From Acidobacteriota bacterium (GTDB lineage: Bacteria; Acidobacteriota; Vicinamibacteria; Vicinamibacterales; JAKQTR01), in contig JAPKZO010000029.1 in assembly GCA_026393755.1 (NCBI GenBank), forward strand, positions 16,490 to 80,489: a stretch of DNA of 64,000 nucleotides, written 5' to 3'. This document shows positions 47,066 through 55,947 of the stretch, one piece after another. Numbering within the stretch: position 1 is the first letter of the stretch; the number at the start of each line of letters is the position of its first letter. The notes under the pieces are model-generated. The model was not told the origin of the DNA. It saw only the letters and a program-made list of their open reading frames with translations, and made no database searches. The position numbers and the translations under genes were made by a program.

Positions 47066-48790
47066 GTGCGTGTCGCCATGGTTGTTGCTATCCTTGCCGT
47101 CGTGACGTGCACGAGCCAGGCCCAATTTCCAGGCGACCGACCCGCGTCGAATCCGCATGCGACGCGGTCGGTCGTCATGGCTCGCCGAGGGGCGATTGCC
47201 ACCAGTCAGCCGCTGGCCTCCGCTGCGGGGCTTGCCGTGCTCGAATCGGGAGGCAACGCGATTGATGCGGCGGTGACGGCCGCCGCCGTCCTCGCCGTCG
47301 TGGAGCCCACCATGAACGGGGTTGGCGGCGATCTGTTCGCCATCGTCTACAACGGGAAAACCAAGGCGCTTCAGGGGCTCAATTCGAGCGGCCGCGCCGG
47401 GCGGCTGGCCACGCCGGAGGCCTTTGCTGCGCGCGGGCTGAAGGAGGTTCCGAATCGGGGGCCGTTGGCCGTCACCGTGCCGGGCGTGGTCGACGGGTGG
47501 AGCGAGCTGCTGAAGCGGCACGGCACCATCACGCTTGCGAAAGCGCTCGCGCCGGCCATCGGGTACGCGAGAGACGGGTTTGCCGTGTCGGAGATCATCG
47601 CGCAGCAGTGGCTGGAGGTCGAGACGATCCTGGCGCAGGATCCGGCGGCGGCCAGCGTGTTTCTTCCGGGCGGTCATGCGCCGCGCACCGGGCAGATCTT
47701 CAGGAATCCGAAGCTGGCCGCGTCGCTCGAGCTCATCGCGCGCGATGGGCGCGACGCGTTCTATCGAGGCGCCATCGGAAAAGCGATTGCCGCCGACCTC
47801 GAGCGGCGCAAAGGATTTGTCACCGCCGAGGATCTGGCCGCGCACAAAGCCGACTGGGTCACGCCGATCTCAACGTCGTATCGCGGGTACGACGTGTTCG
47901 AGATGCCGCCCAACACCCAGGGCATCATCGCGCTCGAGATGCTGAACATCATTGAGGGCTACGACCTCAAGGCGCTTGGCCACAACTCGGCGGCGTATCT
48001 GCATCTGATGGTCGAGGCTAAGCGGATCGCGTTTGCCGATCGTGGTGCCTACCTCGCCGATCCCGCGGCGGTCCCCGACGCGGTACTCCGCATGCTGCTC
48101 TCAAAGGAGTACGCCGCCACGCGCCGGCGCGAGATTGATCCTGCGCACTCGGCCGCCGACTATCTGCCCGGCGTGGTTCCGGCGACGGGGACGGCCAGCG
48201 CCGCCACTCCGCCCTACGACAACTTCCGGGACGGCCGCGACCGCGGCGACACCATCTACCTGACGGCCGCCGACGATCAGGGCAACACGATCTCGCTCAT
48301 CCAGTCTTTGTACGAAGCGTTTGGGGCGGGAATTGTAGCGGGTGACACGGGCATCGTATTGCACGATCGAGGCGCCGGGTTCAGGCTGGACGCGGGGCAT
48401 CCCGACCGCGTGGCGCCGGGCAAACGGCCCATGCACACGCTGGTGCCCGCGATGGTCATGAAAGACGGCCGGCCCTGGCTCTCGTTCGGCGTGATGGGCG
48501 GCGACATGCAGCCACAGGGGCACGTGCAGGTGCTCGCCAACATCATCGACTTCGGCATGAACGTGCAGGAGGCGGGGGAGGCTCCGCGATTCAGGCACAT
48601 GGCCGGCGGCGTGGCGCTCGAATCGGCGATGTCGCGCGAGGCCCGGGACGGGCTGACGTCCCGAGGGCACCGCGTCATCGAACGCAAGGGCGCGTTCGGC
48701 GGGTTCCAGGGCATTCTTATCGATCCGGTTACGGGGGTGCTGATGGCCGGTTCCGACCCGCGCAAGGACGGCCTTGCCATAGGCAGATAA
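47066..48790 (+). CDS. ggt: Gamma-glutamyltransferase
   Basis: GTG start with SD 'AAAGGAG'. Signal peptide. Autoprocessing/nucleophile region 'GDTIYLTAADDQGNTISLIQS'. 'GVMGGDMQPQGHVQVL'. 574 aa. Confidence 0.9.
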   Translation: MRVAMVVAILAVVTCTSQAQFPGDRPASNPHATRSVVMARRGAIATSQPLASAAGLAVLESGGNAIDAAVTAAAVLAVVEPTMNGVGGDLFAIVYNGKTKALQGLNSSGRAGRLATPEAFAARGLKEVPNRGPLAVTVPGVVDGWSELLKRHGTITLAKALAPAIGYARDGFAVSEIIAQQWLEVETILAQDPAAASVFLPGGHAPRTGQIFRNPKLAASLELIARDGRDAFYRGAIGKAIAADLERRKGFVTAEDLAAHKADWVTPISTSYRGYDVFEMPPNTQGIIALEMLNIIEGYDLKALGHNSAAYLHLMVEAKRIAFADRGAYLADPAAVPDAVLRMLLSKEYAATRRREIDPAHSAADYLPGVVPATGTASAATPPYDNFRDGRDRGDTIYLTAADDQGNTISLIQSLYEAFGAGIVAGDTGIVLHDRGAGFRLDAGHPDRVAPGKRPMHTLVPAMVMKDGRPWLSFGVMGGDMQPQGHVQVLANIIDFGMNVQEAGEAPRFRHMAGGVALESAMSREARDGLTSRGHRVIERKGAFGGFQGILIDPVTGVLMAGSDPRKDGLAIGR

Positions 48791-48860
48791 CTCCCGGAGT
48801 GAATTTCCGCACAGAGAGCGCCAGGGGTCGGGACGAATTATCGACGGCACGCTTCTTTCG

Positions 48861-48874
48861 TTACAAAATTGTAA
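48861..48874. promoter_or_regulatory. Palindromic operator-like site TTACAA-N2-TTGTAA
   Basis: Perfect 6+6 inverted repeat in a locally AT-rich spacer between ggt and the next gene. Confidence 0.35.
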
Positions 48875-48909
48875 TATCAAGAGGTGCGGCGGCCCGGAAT
48901 ACCGCCCGA

Positions 48910-48923
48910 TTACAATTCTGTAC
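48910..48923. promoter_or_regulatory. Second, imperfect copy of the operator-like site (TTACAA-N2-CTGTAC)
   Basis: Shares the left half-site TTACAA and 4 of 6 positions of the right half-site. Its centre is 49 bp from the first site, just upstream of the candidate start at 48937. Confidence 0.25.
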
Positions 48924-48936
48924 TTTCCCGAAGACC

Positions 48937-50616
48937 GTGCGTGTAATTAGTCCCGGCCCCAAGACCTCCCCGGTGGCTGTTGTGTGTCTTGTGCTCGGCG
49001 TCCTCGCCGCCATACCGGCGGCGTCCCGGGCGGACGTTCCACAGGCGCCAGTCCCGATAGACGTCATACACACCCCAGACACCCGCGCGGTTCCACGCTC
49101 GCTTCTGGCCAACGTCACGTTTGATCCGCCAGATCCCGACAAGGACAGTCAGGCGGAACCGCCCACAGGTCAGCGACGCCGCGCGAACACGGGCCGCGCG
49201 ATGCTGGAGATGGGAGGCTTTCTCTCGTACTCCGCGTCGAACTACTGGCGCAAGTACGCCTCGTTTATCGAGGACTGGCAGTTCAAGCTGACGTGGCGCG
49301 ACCAGACCAGGAAGTGGTTCACCTCCGAAGGGCTGCGACTCGACTCCAACAACTTCCGCCTCAACTGGACTCACGGAGCGGCGGGCGCGCTTTACTACTC
49401 CTTTGCGCGCAGCAACGGTTTCGGGCCCGGCGGGTCGTTCCTGTTTGCCGCAGGCGGATCGCTGCTCTGGGAATACGGGGCTGAATGGCGGGAAATCTCC
49501 TCCATCAATGATCACGTGTACACCGCGATTGGATCCGTGCCGATTGCCGAATCGCTGTTCCAGGTCAGCAATCACTTCCGCAACCGCCACGGCCTGGCCA
49601 ATCGTCTGGGCGAGCTGGCGACCAATCCCCTCGTCGCCATCAATGACCTGCTTGACGGCAAGGGCCGGCCGCCACGCGTGGCGACCGATCAATGGCACGA
49701 TTTCAGGCTCTCCACGGGAGGCCTGCGTGGGGCGCCGCTGGCAGACAGCGATGCCGCTACGCAGAACGTCCTGAGTCTCGACCTGCGCACGGTCACGCTG
49801 CCGGGTTACGGCAAGGCCGGCACCGGCAGCGGGCGCACCGACGGCACCATCGACAGCGGGTTTCATTTCGATGCCAAGGCGCTCGGTCTCAACGTGGAGG
49901 AGTTCTCGATTAGCGCGCGGACCACACTGCTGGGCTGGTGGTGGAGGGACATCCGCCAGGACGGTCAGGGCCTGCGGCACGGGCACGATCTCTGGCTCGG
50001 AGCCCAGGTGGCGTGGGACATGGTTCAGAAGATCCCCGTCGCCCCGTATGACGGCCACGACCTCGGGATGAAGGACAAGTGGCTTCCACGCGAGCAGCCC
50101 ACGCGATTCACCGACAAGCTGTCGTCAGTCCACTTTCCAGGGCCGACCGTGAGTCTGACCACGTACGCCGGCAGACTCCGAACCCGAATCGATCTGGGCG
50201 CCGCGCTGAATTTCAGCATGGTCAATTCGTTGCCGTTCAATCAGTACTCGGCGACACACTCCACGTGGGGGAGCAAGACGACGCTGCACAACTGGGGGTA
50301 CTATTACGCACTCGGCACCACGCTCATCGGTCACGCCGAAGCGGAGATGGGTGTCTGGCGTGCGACGGCCGACGCCGATTACCGCCGGTTTGCCTCGATC
50401 CAGGGGTTGGACCGCTACCAGGGCGACATCACGGATGACAGCCGCCTGACCGACTCGCGCCTCGTATCGGCGGCGAGCGTGTCAGTCCGGATTCCGCGGA
50501 CGCCCGTCTTTGGCATGCTGAAAGTGGAAGGGATTGATCGGCGAGGCCGCTTTCACGAGATCGCCGCGCACACGCACGAGGCACGCTTTTCGTATGAGAT
50601 AGGGGTCTGTTTCTAG
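48937..50616 (+). CDS. Hypothetical secreted/outer-membrane protein (possibly DUF3943-like; unverified recollection)
   Basis: Long ORF with good coding appearance. The start is uncertain: GTG 48937 gives signal peptide 'VAVVCLVLGVLAAIPAASRA', but no clear SD precedes it. Trp/Tyr/Gly-rich. Confidence 0.5.
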   Translation: MRVISPGPKTSPVAVVCLVLGVLAAIPAASRADVPQAPVPIDVIHTPDTRAVPRSLLANVTFDPPDPDKDSQAEPPTGQRRRANTGRAMLEMGGFLSYSASNYWRKYASFIEDWQFKLTWRDQTRKWFTSEGLRLDSNNFRLNWTHGAAGALYYSFARSNGFGPGGSFLFAAGGSLLWEYGAEWREISSINDHVYTAIGSVPIAESLFQVSNHFRNRHGLANRLGELATNPLVAINDLLDGKGRPPRVATDQWHDFRLSTGGLRGAPLADSDAATQNVLSLDLRTVTLPGYGKAGTGSGRTDGTIDSGFHFDAKALGLNVEEFSISARTTLLGWWWRDIRQDGQGLRHGHDLWLGAQVAWDMVQKIPVAPYDGHDLGMKDKWLPREQPTRFTDKLSSVHFPGPTVSLTTYAGRLRTRIDLGAALNFSMVNSLPFNQYSATHSTWGSKTTLHNWGYYYALGTTLIGHAEAEMGVWRATADADYRRFASIQGLDRYQGDITDDSRLTDSRLVSAASVSVRIPRTPVFGMLKVEGIDRRGRFHEIAAHTHEARFSYEIGVCF

Positions 50617-50700
50617 CGTGGGCGCGATCCGCATTGTCAGAACCACACAGGGCGCGCGTCGACTTTCGTGGTCTAATCGACGGGACTCAGTCCTGATGGC

Positions 50701-52242
50701 ATGACCAGCGCACAACTTCTCCTGATCGTCGCGGCCGGATGGGGCCTGACCCTCGTGCTGGAGTCCTATCTCACGCTGCGGCCGCAGTTATCATCTCGTC
50801 CAGCCGGCGCCTATGCCATTCATCTCGGTCTCTGGCTGCTGCTGGTGGGCGTGCCGCTCGTCGCGTTTCAGCGGCCACTTCTGGTTCTCGTGCTGGCCAT
50901 GGCGTTCTGGGTGCTGATGGTGACCGTCAGCAACGTCAAACACGACCGGCTCAAAGAGCCGCTGATCTTCACCGATTTCGAGTTCGTGTCCTACGCGATG
51001 CGTCACCCGCGCCTGTACGTTCCGTTTTTCGGAGTCGCGCGGTTCCTTCTGTACGGCGGCGTGGCGTTCGCCGCGGCTTTTGGCCTCTGGCGGCTGGAGC
51101 AGAACTGGAGGCGTTCCCTCCCCGACGCGGGGCTCGCGGTGTTCGCCGCCGGGAGTGCGATACTCGGGGCAGTGCTGGTCTGGGCCGGCGGACGGATCGT
51201 TGGCGAACCCACGCTGGATCCGGTGGTCGACCTTCGGCGCTACGGGCTGGTTGCGAACTTCTGGTTGTATCGTCGAGCGAAACGACGCCCGCGCGTGGGA
51301 CCCGTGCCCACGCCCTTCAGCGCGGGCGGCGTTCAGACTGCCGATCGCCCCGACATCGTGGCGATCCAGAGCGAATCGTTCTTTGATGTCCGGCGCCTCT
51401 ATGCAGGCGTCCGCCCGGACGTGCTCGAGAACTTCGACGCCATCCGCCGCGTGGCGGCCGCGGAGGGACGGCTGCTGGTTCCTGCGTGGGGAGCCAACAC
51501 CGTGCGCACGGAGTTCTCGTTTCTCTCAGGCCTGGCCAGCGAGACGCTCGGCATCGATCGCTTCAACCCGTACCGCTGGCTGGCACGCCGTCCGCTGGTC
51601 ACGCTGGTTGGCCACTTGCGCGGGTTGGGATACCGGACGGTGTGCGTGCACCCTTATCTCTCGTCGTTCTATGCGAGAGACGAGGTGTTTCCTCACCTCG
51701 GATTCGATGAGATTGTCGACGTGCGGTCGTTCTCACACGGCGACAGGTTCGGACCCTACGTCAGCGACGCGGCCGTTGCCGCCACGATCACACGCCTGGT
51801 CGACCAGAGCGACAGACCTGTCTTCGTCTTTGCCATCACCATGGAGAACCACGGCCCGCTGCACCTGGAATCGGTGCGGCCAGGAGAGGCCGCCGACTTC
51901 ATGGCCGACCTGCCGCCGTCATCTTCGCTCCACGATCTGACCGTCTATTTGCGTCACCTGAAGAACGCCGACCGGATGCTGGCCACCCTGAAGAGCTGGA
52001 TGGACAGCCGATCGCGTCCCGTTCACGTCTGCTGGTACGGGGATCACGTGCCTATCATGCCGCACGTGTACGATGCCATGAGGCCGACCAGCGGCGACAC
52101 GGACTATCTGTTGTGGAGCAATCGCCGCAATGGCGACGGGCACCACGGCGATGTCGCGATTGAGGCGCTCGGGCCGCTGCTGCTCACGGCTGCCGGGCTC
52201 ATGCCTGGACAGACGCCGGCACCGAAGACCCACGCGCATTAG
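50701..52242 (+). CDS. LTA-synthase/sulfatase-family membrane transferase (alkaline-phosphatase superfamily)
   Basis: About 5 N-terminal TM helices, then a sulfatase-like domain: 'DIVAIQSESFFD', 'GANTVRTEFSFLSGL' (Thr nucleophile context as in LtaS/EptA), 'FAITMENHGP'. Confidence 0.7.
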   Translation: MTSAQLLLIVAAGWGLTLVLESYLTLRPQLSSRPAGAYAIHLGLWLLLVGVPLVAFQRPLLVLVLAMAFWVLMVTVSNVKHDRLKEPLIFTDFEFVSYAMRHPRLYVPFFGVARFLLYGGVAFAAAFGLWRLEQNWRRSLPDAGLAVFAAGSAILGAVLVWAGGRIVGEPTLDPVVDLRRYGLVANFWLYRRAKRRPRVGPVPTPFSAGGVQTADRPDIVAIQSESFFDVRRLYAGVRPDVLENFDAIRRVAAAEGRLLVPAWGANTVRTEFSFLSGLASETLGIDRFNPYRWLARRPLVTLVGHLRGLGYRTVCVHPYLSSFYARDEVFPHLGFDEIVDVRSFSHGDRFGPYVSDAAVAATITRLVDQSDRPVFVFAITMENHGPLHLESVRPGEAADFMADLPPSSSLHDLTVYLRHLKNADRMLATLKSWMDSRSRPVHVCWYGDHVPIMPHVYDAMRPTSGDTDYLLWSNRRNGDGHHGDVAIEALGPLLLTAAGLMPGQTPAPKTHAH

Positions 52243-53246
52243 AGGGACGGTTGCGGCGCCGAGGCTCCCTTGTCCCGCCTCATCGCGAAGAGCACCAGCG
52301 CCACGCCGACCAGCGCCAGCCGTCGAATTCTCCTGATAATCGACAGACTGAGACCCACCGCCGGCGGATAGCCCAGGCTCTGCACGACCAGAATGTGGAC
52401 GCTCTCCATCACGCCCCATTGGCCAGGAAGCAGGAAGAAGACCGTGTTGCCCACTGTCACGATCGTGCTGATGAACAGGGCTTGAACCAGAGTGATGGGT
52501 GCGCCGAGGACGGCCAGGACGATCATGAACTCCAGAGCGCCGATCACTCTTCCGCTCAGGTGGAACAGCAGCGGAAGCGCTGCCCGGCTCACGCCTCCCG
52601 AATAAAGCAATCGGAAGTTATCGTCCATCGCGAGGAACTGACTCTGCTTGCTCGTGATCCACGCGATGGCGCTGGGAGAAAAGACCCCGAGCTTCAGCAG
52701 ACTGCTGGTGACGCCGCGTCGCTGAACGACAACCAGCAGGACGATGCCGACGATGGTCGCCGCGATGCTGACCACCGCCGGAATGACCAGGGTTTGCGGG
52801 AGGCGGAGGAACACCAGGCCCAGCGCCAGGCCAGTGATGAGGAACACCACCGACGCCGCAATCTCGACGGTCTTGTCGAACAGGACCGCCGGCACACCGA
52901 CGCGTAGCGGCACCTGCGTCCTGATCATGAAGGCCCGCATGGCGTCGCCCCCCATGCTGGCCGATGGAAGAAGCAGGTTGAACGCGTCGCTGATGATCTT
53001 GACCTTGAACAGCTCCGAGAGCGCTACCCGTTCGAAGAACGTGTCCTGAATCTTCCACCACGCGCACGCCTGCAGAAACAGCCACAGGGTTCCCAGCGCG
53101 CAGGTCAGCAGGAGCCACCAGCCGAAATGCGTGAGATTCTCCCAGACCGCCGCGAGGCCAATCCGCCAGATCAGGTACAGCAGGAGGGCGAGGCCGACCG
53201 CGGTCAGCGCACCCTGGATCGCCTGTCGCGCGCCAGGTCGTCTCAC
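52239..53246 (-). CDS. Flippase-like membrane protein (UPF0104 / lysyl-PG-synthase TM-domain family)
   Basis: GTG start overlapping the upstream stop (GTGA). 8 hydrophobic helices. N-terminal 'LLLYLIWRIGLAAVWENL' is typical of this family. Its 3' end overlaps the LtaS-like gene tail-to-tail by 4 nt. Confidence 0.7.
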   Translation of the reverse strand: MRRPGARQAIQGALTAVGLALLLYLIWRIGLAAVWENLTHFGWWLLLTCALGTLWLFLQACAWWKIQDTFFERVALSELFKVKIISDAFNLLLPSASMGGDAMRAFMIRTQVPLRVGVPAVLFDKTVEIAASVVFLITGLALGLVFLRLPQTLVIPAVVSIAATIVGIVLLVVVQRRGVTSSLLKLGVFSPSAIAWITSKQSQFLAMDDNFRLLYSGGVSRAALPLLFHLSGRVIGALEFMIVLAVLGAPITLVQALFISTIVTVGNTVFFLLPGQWGVMESVHILVVQSLGYPPAVGLSLSIIRRIRRLALVGVALVLFAMRRDKGASAPQPSL

Positions 53247-53971
53247 GATGTTGCGAGCACCACGGCTTTCTGGAGGGCGCGTTCGTCATCCACGTCGATC
53301 CAGAATCCTCCGAAGATGTTCATCGCTCCGGCTCTCCGCCGTTCCGCCAGGACGCGCACGCCACCAGTGAGGCTGAAGTCGCCCGACTGCTGACTGTCGC
53401 CGAGCGCCGCAAACAGCGCGGACGTGCAGAAGAAGATGCCGGTATCAAACGCGTTGTAGGAGGGCAGGCCCTTCCCGATCTTTGAGATGAGGCCGTCTTC
53501 GACCAGTACCCTCGTCACGTCGTCAAGATCCACTGTCGGGTTGCCCAGAAGGCGATCATCGACGGCGAGCATGAGATCCGCGTCGCCGAGCGGTTGAGCG
53601 ATCAACCTGGCGAGAATGTCCGCGTCGAAGATGTGATCGGACATGAGCAGCACAAACCGATCGCCGACGTGGTTGCGGGCTGCGCAGACCGACAGGCCGT
53701 TCTCCTTCGCCCAGTCGTCGTTGGGCACACAGGTGATATTGAAATCCCGCCCGCGGCTGAAGTCGCGCAGATGGCGTTCGAGCGCCTCCCTGGCGTAGCC
53801 CGTCACGACGACGAATTCCGCGATGCCCGCCTGGTGGGCGGCCAGTATCACCCACTCGATGAGGGCCCGGCCGTTGACCGGGCACAGCGGCTTGCTGACG
53901 GGGCGGCTGTCGAGCCGGCTTCCTCTGCCGGCAGCGAGAATAACAGCCTTCACGACATTCCTTCCCTCCAC
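53243..53971 (-). CDS. Nucleotidyltransferase (NTP_transferase family; sugar-/alcohol-phosphate cytidylyl/uridylyltransferase-like)
   Basis: N-terminal 'AVILAAGRGSRL' signature. 'VVTGY', 'LLMSDHIFD'. 242 aa. Confidence 0.8.
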   Translation of the reverse strand: MEGRNVVKAVILAAGRGSRLDSRPVSKPLCPVNGRALIEWVILAAHQAGIAEFVVVTGYAREALERHLRDFSRGRDFNITCVPNDDWAKENGLSVCAARNHVGDRFVLLMSDHIFDADILARLIAQPLGDADLMLAVDDRLLGNPTVDLDDVTRVLVEDGLISKIGKGLPSYNAFDTGIFFCTSALFAALGDSQQSGDFSLTGGVRVLAERRRAGAMNIFGGFWIDVDDERALQKAVVLATS

Positions 53972-54138
53972 AACAGCGCCCCTGTTCTCACGCGCCTCAC
54001 GTCACGGCCGCCAGACGGGGGCATCGGGACCCCGGCTCGCCGGAGTCTTCTATCCTGTCGTTTCCGGCACCGCAAGGCAACCTCCAACCGCTAACCGAAG
54101 CACTCGCACCCGAGACGCAAACCGGGTATGGTACGCGC

Positions 54139-55947
54139 ATGAGAAGCCGCCGTTTCGTCCTTTACGTCTGCGCCTGCCTTTTGTCCAGCCCACTCACGGC
54201 TCCCCGCGCAGCCGCCGGGGGCGGCGGTCGGCCGCAGGATCAAGCCGCCAGAGGGGCTGGACTTGTGACCGTTGATTTCCGGGCGGTCGGGAGCGCCGGC
54301 GCCCCGGTTCTCGATCTCAAGCCGGCCGAGGTGTCGTTGAGGATTGGCGGCCGCGCACGCGACATCCAGTCGCTCGAACTGATTCGGCTTGGCAGCCGAC
54401 AGGTCGCGGCCAATGGCACCACTCTCGCGCCGCTGGCGCCTCCGTTTGCGAGCAACCATCCGTCAGACGGAGGCCGGAACGTCATTCTCATGCTGGAGGA
54501 CGAATCGATTCCGTCGGGCCGCGAACAGACGGTGAAAGACGCCGTGGACGCGCTGCTGGACAATCTGACCGTGCGCGATGTGGTCAGCCTCCTCGTCATC
54601 TCCAAGGGAAAGTTCGAACCGGGCCCCACCACGCAGCATGACGGCATTCGGACCGCGGTTGGGAAGTTCGTCAGCCAGGCCTCGCAATCCCAGGCCGCGG
54701 CGGATGTTGCCTGCAGGACGCAACGTTCTCTCGGCGCGATCCAGAGCGTGATGGCCAGCCTCCCCGGTGGCGCCCGAACAACCATCGTCTTCATCTCCGG
54801 CGGACTCGCCCCGCCCATCGTCACCGATGCCATCGTCAGCAAGACCTTCAGCGGAGGAGCGGTGGCGTGCGAAATCCGGCGAAGCGCGTTCAATGACATC
54901 TCGACCGCCGCATACAAGACATCCGCGGACTTGTACGCCGTCTACCTTCCACCCGACGTTCAAGGCGGCTCGACTGCCGCATCCGACACCGGGATCGAGA
55001 CGCTCGCTGGCGCGTCTGGTAACGCGTTGATTCGGCTGTCTGGCGATTCCAAGGCCGAGATGGCGAGAGTGGGGCGCGAGACGTCGGCCTACTATCTGGC
55101 CTCGTTCGAACCCGACGCGGCCGAGCGGTCAGGCTCGGCCGCACGCGTGGAGCTTCGCGTGACCCGCGAGAACGTGAAAGTCCGGGCGCGATCTGAGGTT
55201 CAGATCGCCAAGAGCGCCGGAGCAGCGGCTGGCACCAAGGCGCTGTCGGCGCGAGACATGCTCCGCGTCGCAACGGCGTATCGCGACCTCTCGATTCGGG
55301 CCGTGGCGTGTCCCGCCCGTGATGCCGGCAGCAAGGACCTGAAGATCGTGGTGATGCTCGAGCCATTCGAAGCCAGCCTGCCCCTTGCGTCGGCCGCCGT
55401 CGGACTCTTCGACGACAAGGGCAAACTGGTCGTGCAGTGGACCTCGCAACCGACTGATCTTGGCGCCCGGCCGGTGGTGGCCGGCTTTACAGTACGGCCC
55501 GGGACGTATCGCATGCGAGTGGCAGCGACAGACGGGGCGGGCCGGGGTGGCACTGTCGATCAGAACCTTGCCGTGGAGCTCGAGAAGGGTGACGGGGCTG
55601 TGCAGATGAGCGCGCTGGTGTTTGGGATAGCGAGCGGGCAGGCCTTTGCGCCGCGGCTGATCTTCGAGAGCGAGACCGGCGCGCTCGGCTCCTTCGAGGT
55701 GTATGGCGTGCCGAACACCTCCGCAGTGACAGCGGCCGTGGAGATTGCGGCGTCGGCATCCGGCCCGGTCGTGGCGACGGCGCCAGCCCGGGTGGGCTCG
55801 CCGGGTAGCGATGGCCGCCGGGTTGCGCTCGCCGCGATCCCGCTCGGTTCGCTTCCCCCCGGCGACCACCTCGTGCGTGTCGTGGTCAGCGTCGACGGCA
55901 AACCTGTCGGGCGTGTCGTCCGGACGCTGCGAAAAGTCGGCAGTTAG
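54139..55947 (+). CDS. Secreted vWA-like protein (divergent relative of the acidobacterial vWA family)
   Basis: Signal peptide 'MRSRRFVLYVCACLLSSPLTAP'. N-terminal 'LVTVDFRAVGSAGAPVLDLKPAEVSLRIGGRARDIQSLE'. vWA-like 'NVILMLEDES...TTIVFISGG'. Confidence 0.55.
   Translation: MRSRRFVLYVCACLLSSPLTAPRAAAGGGGRPQDQAARGAGLVTVDFRAVGSAGAPVLDLKPAEVSLRIGGRARDIQSLELIRLGSRQVAANGTTLAPLAPPFASNHPSDGGRNVILMLEDESIPSGREQTVKDAVDALLDNLTVRDVVSLLVISKGKFEPGPTTQHDGIRTAVGKFVSQASQSQAAADVACRTQRSLGAIQSVMASLPGGARTTIVFISGGLAPPIVTDAIVSKTFSGGAVACEIRRSAFNDISTAAYKTSADLYAVYLPPDVQGGSTAASDTGIETLAGASGNALIRLSGDSKAEMARVGRETSAYYLASFEPDAAERSGSAARVELRVTRENVKVRARSEVQIAKSAGAAAGTKALSARDMLRVATAYRDLSIRAVACPARDAGSKDLKIVVMLEPFEASLPLASAAVGLFDDKGKLVVQWTSQPTDLGARPVVAGFTVRPGTYRMRVAATDGAGRGGTVDQNLAVELEKGDGAVQMSALVFGIASGQAFAPRLIFESETGALGSFEVYGVPNTSAVTAAVEIAASASGPVVATAPARVGSPGSDGRRVALAAIPLGSLPPGDHLVRVVVSVDGKPVGRVVRTLRKVGS

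Noticed and set aside
48845-48859. Second sigma-54-like string 'CGGCACGCTTCTTTC' upstream of the 48937 gene
   Set aside because: The -24 element lacks the leading T. The critical -12 'GC' is 'TC'. This is too degenerate to call without a genome-calibrated PWM.
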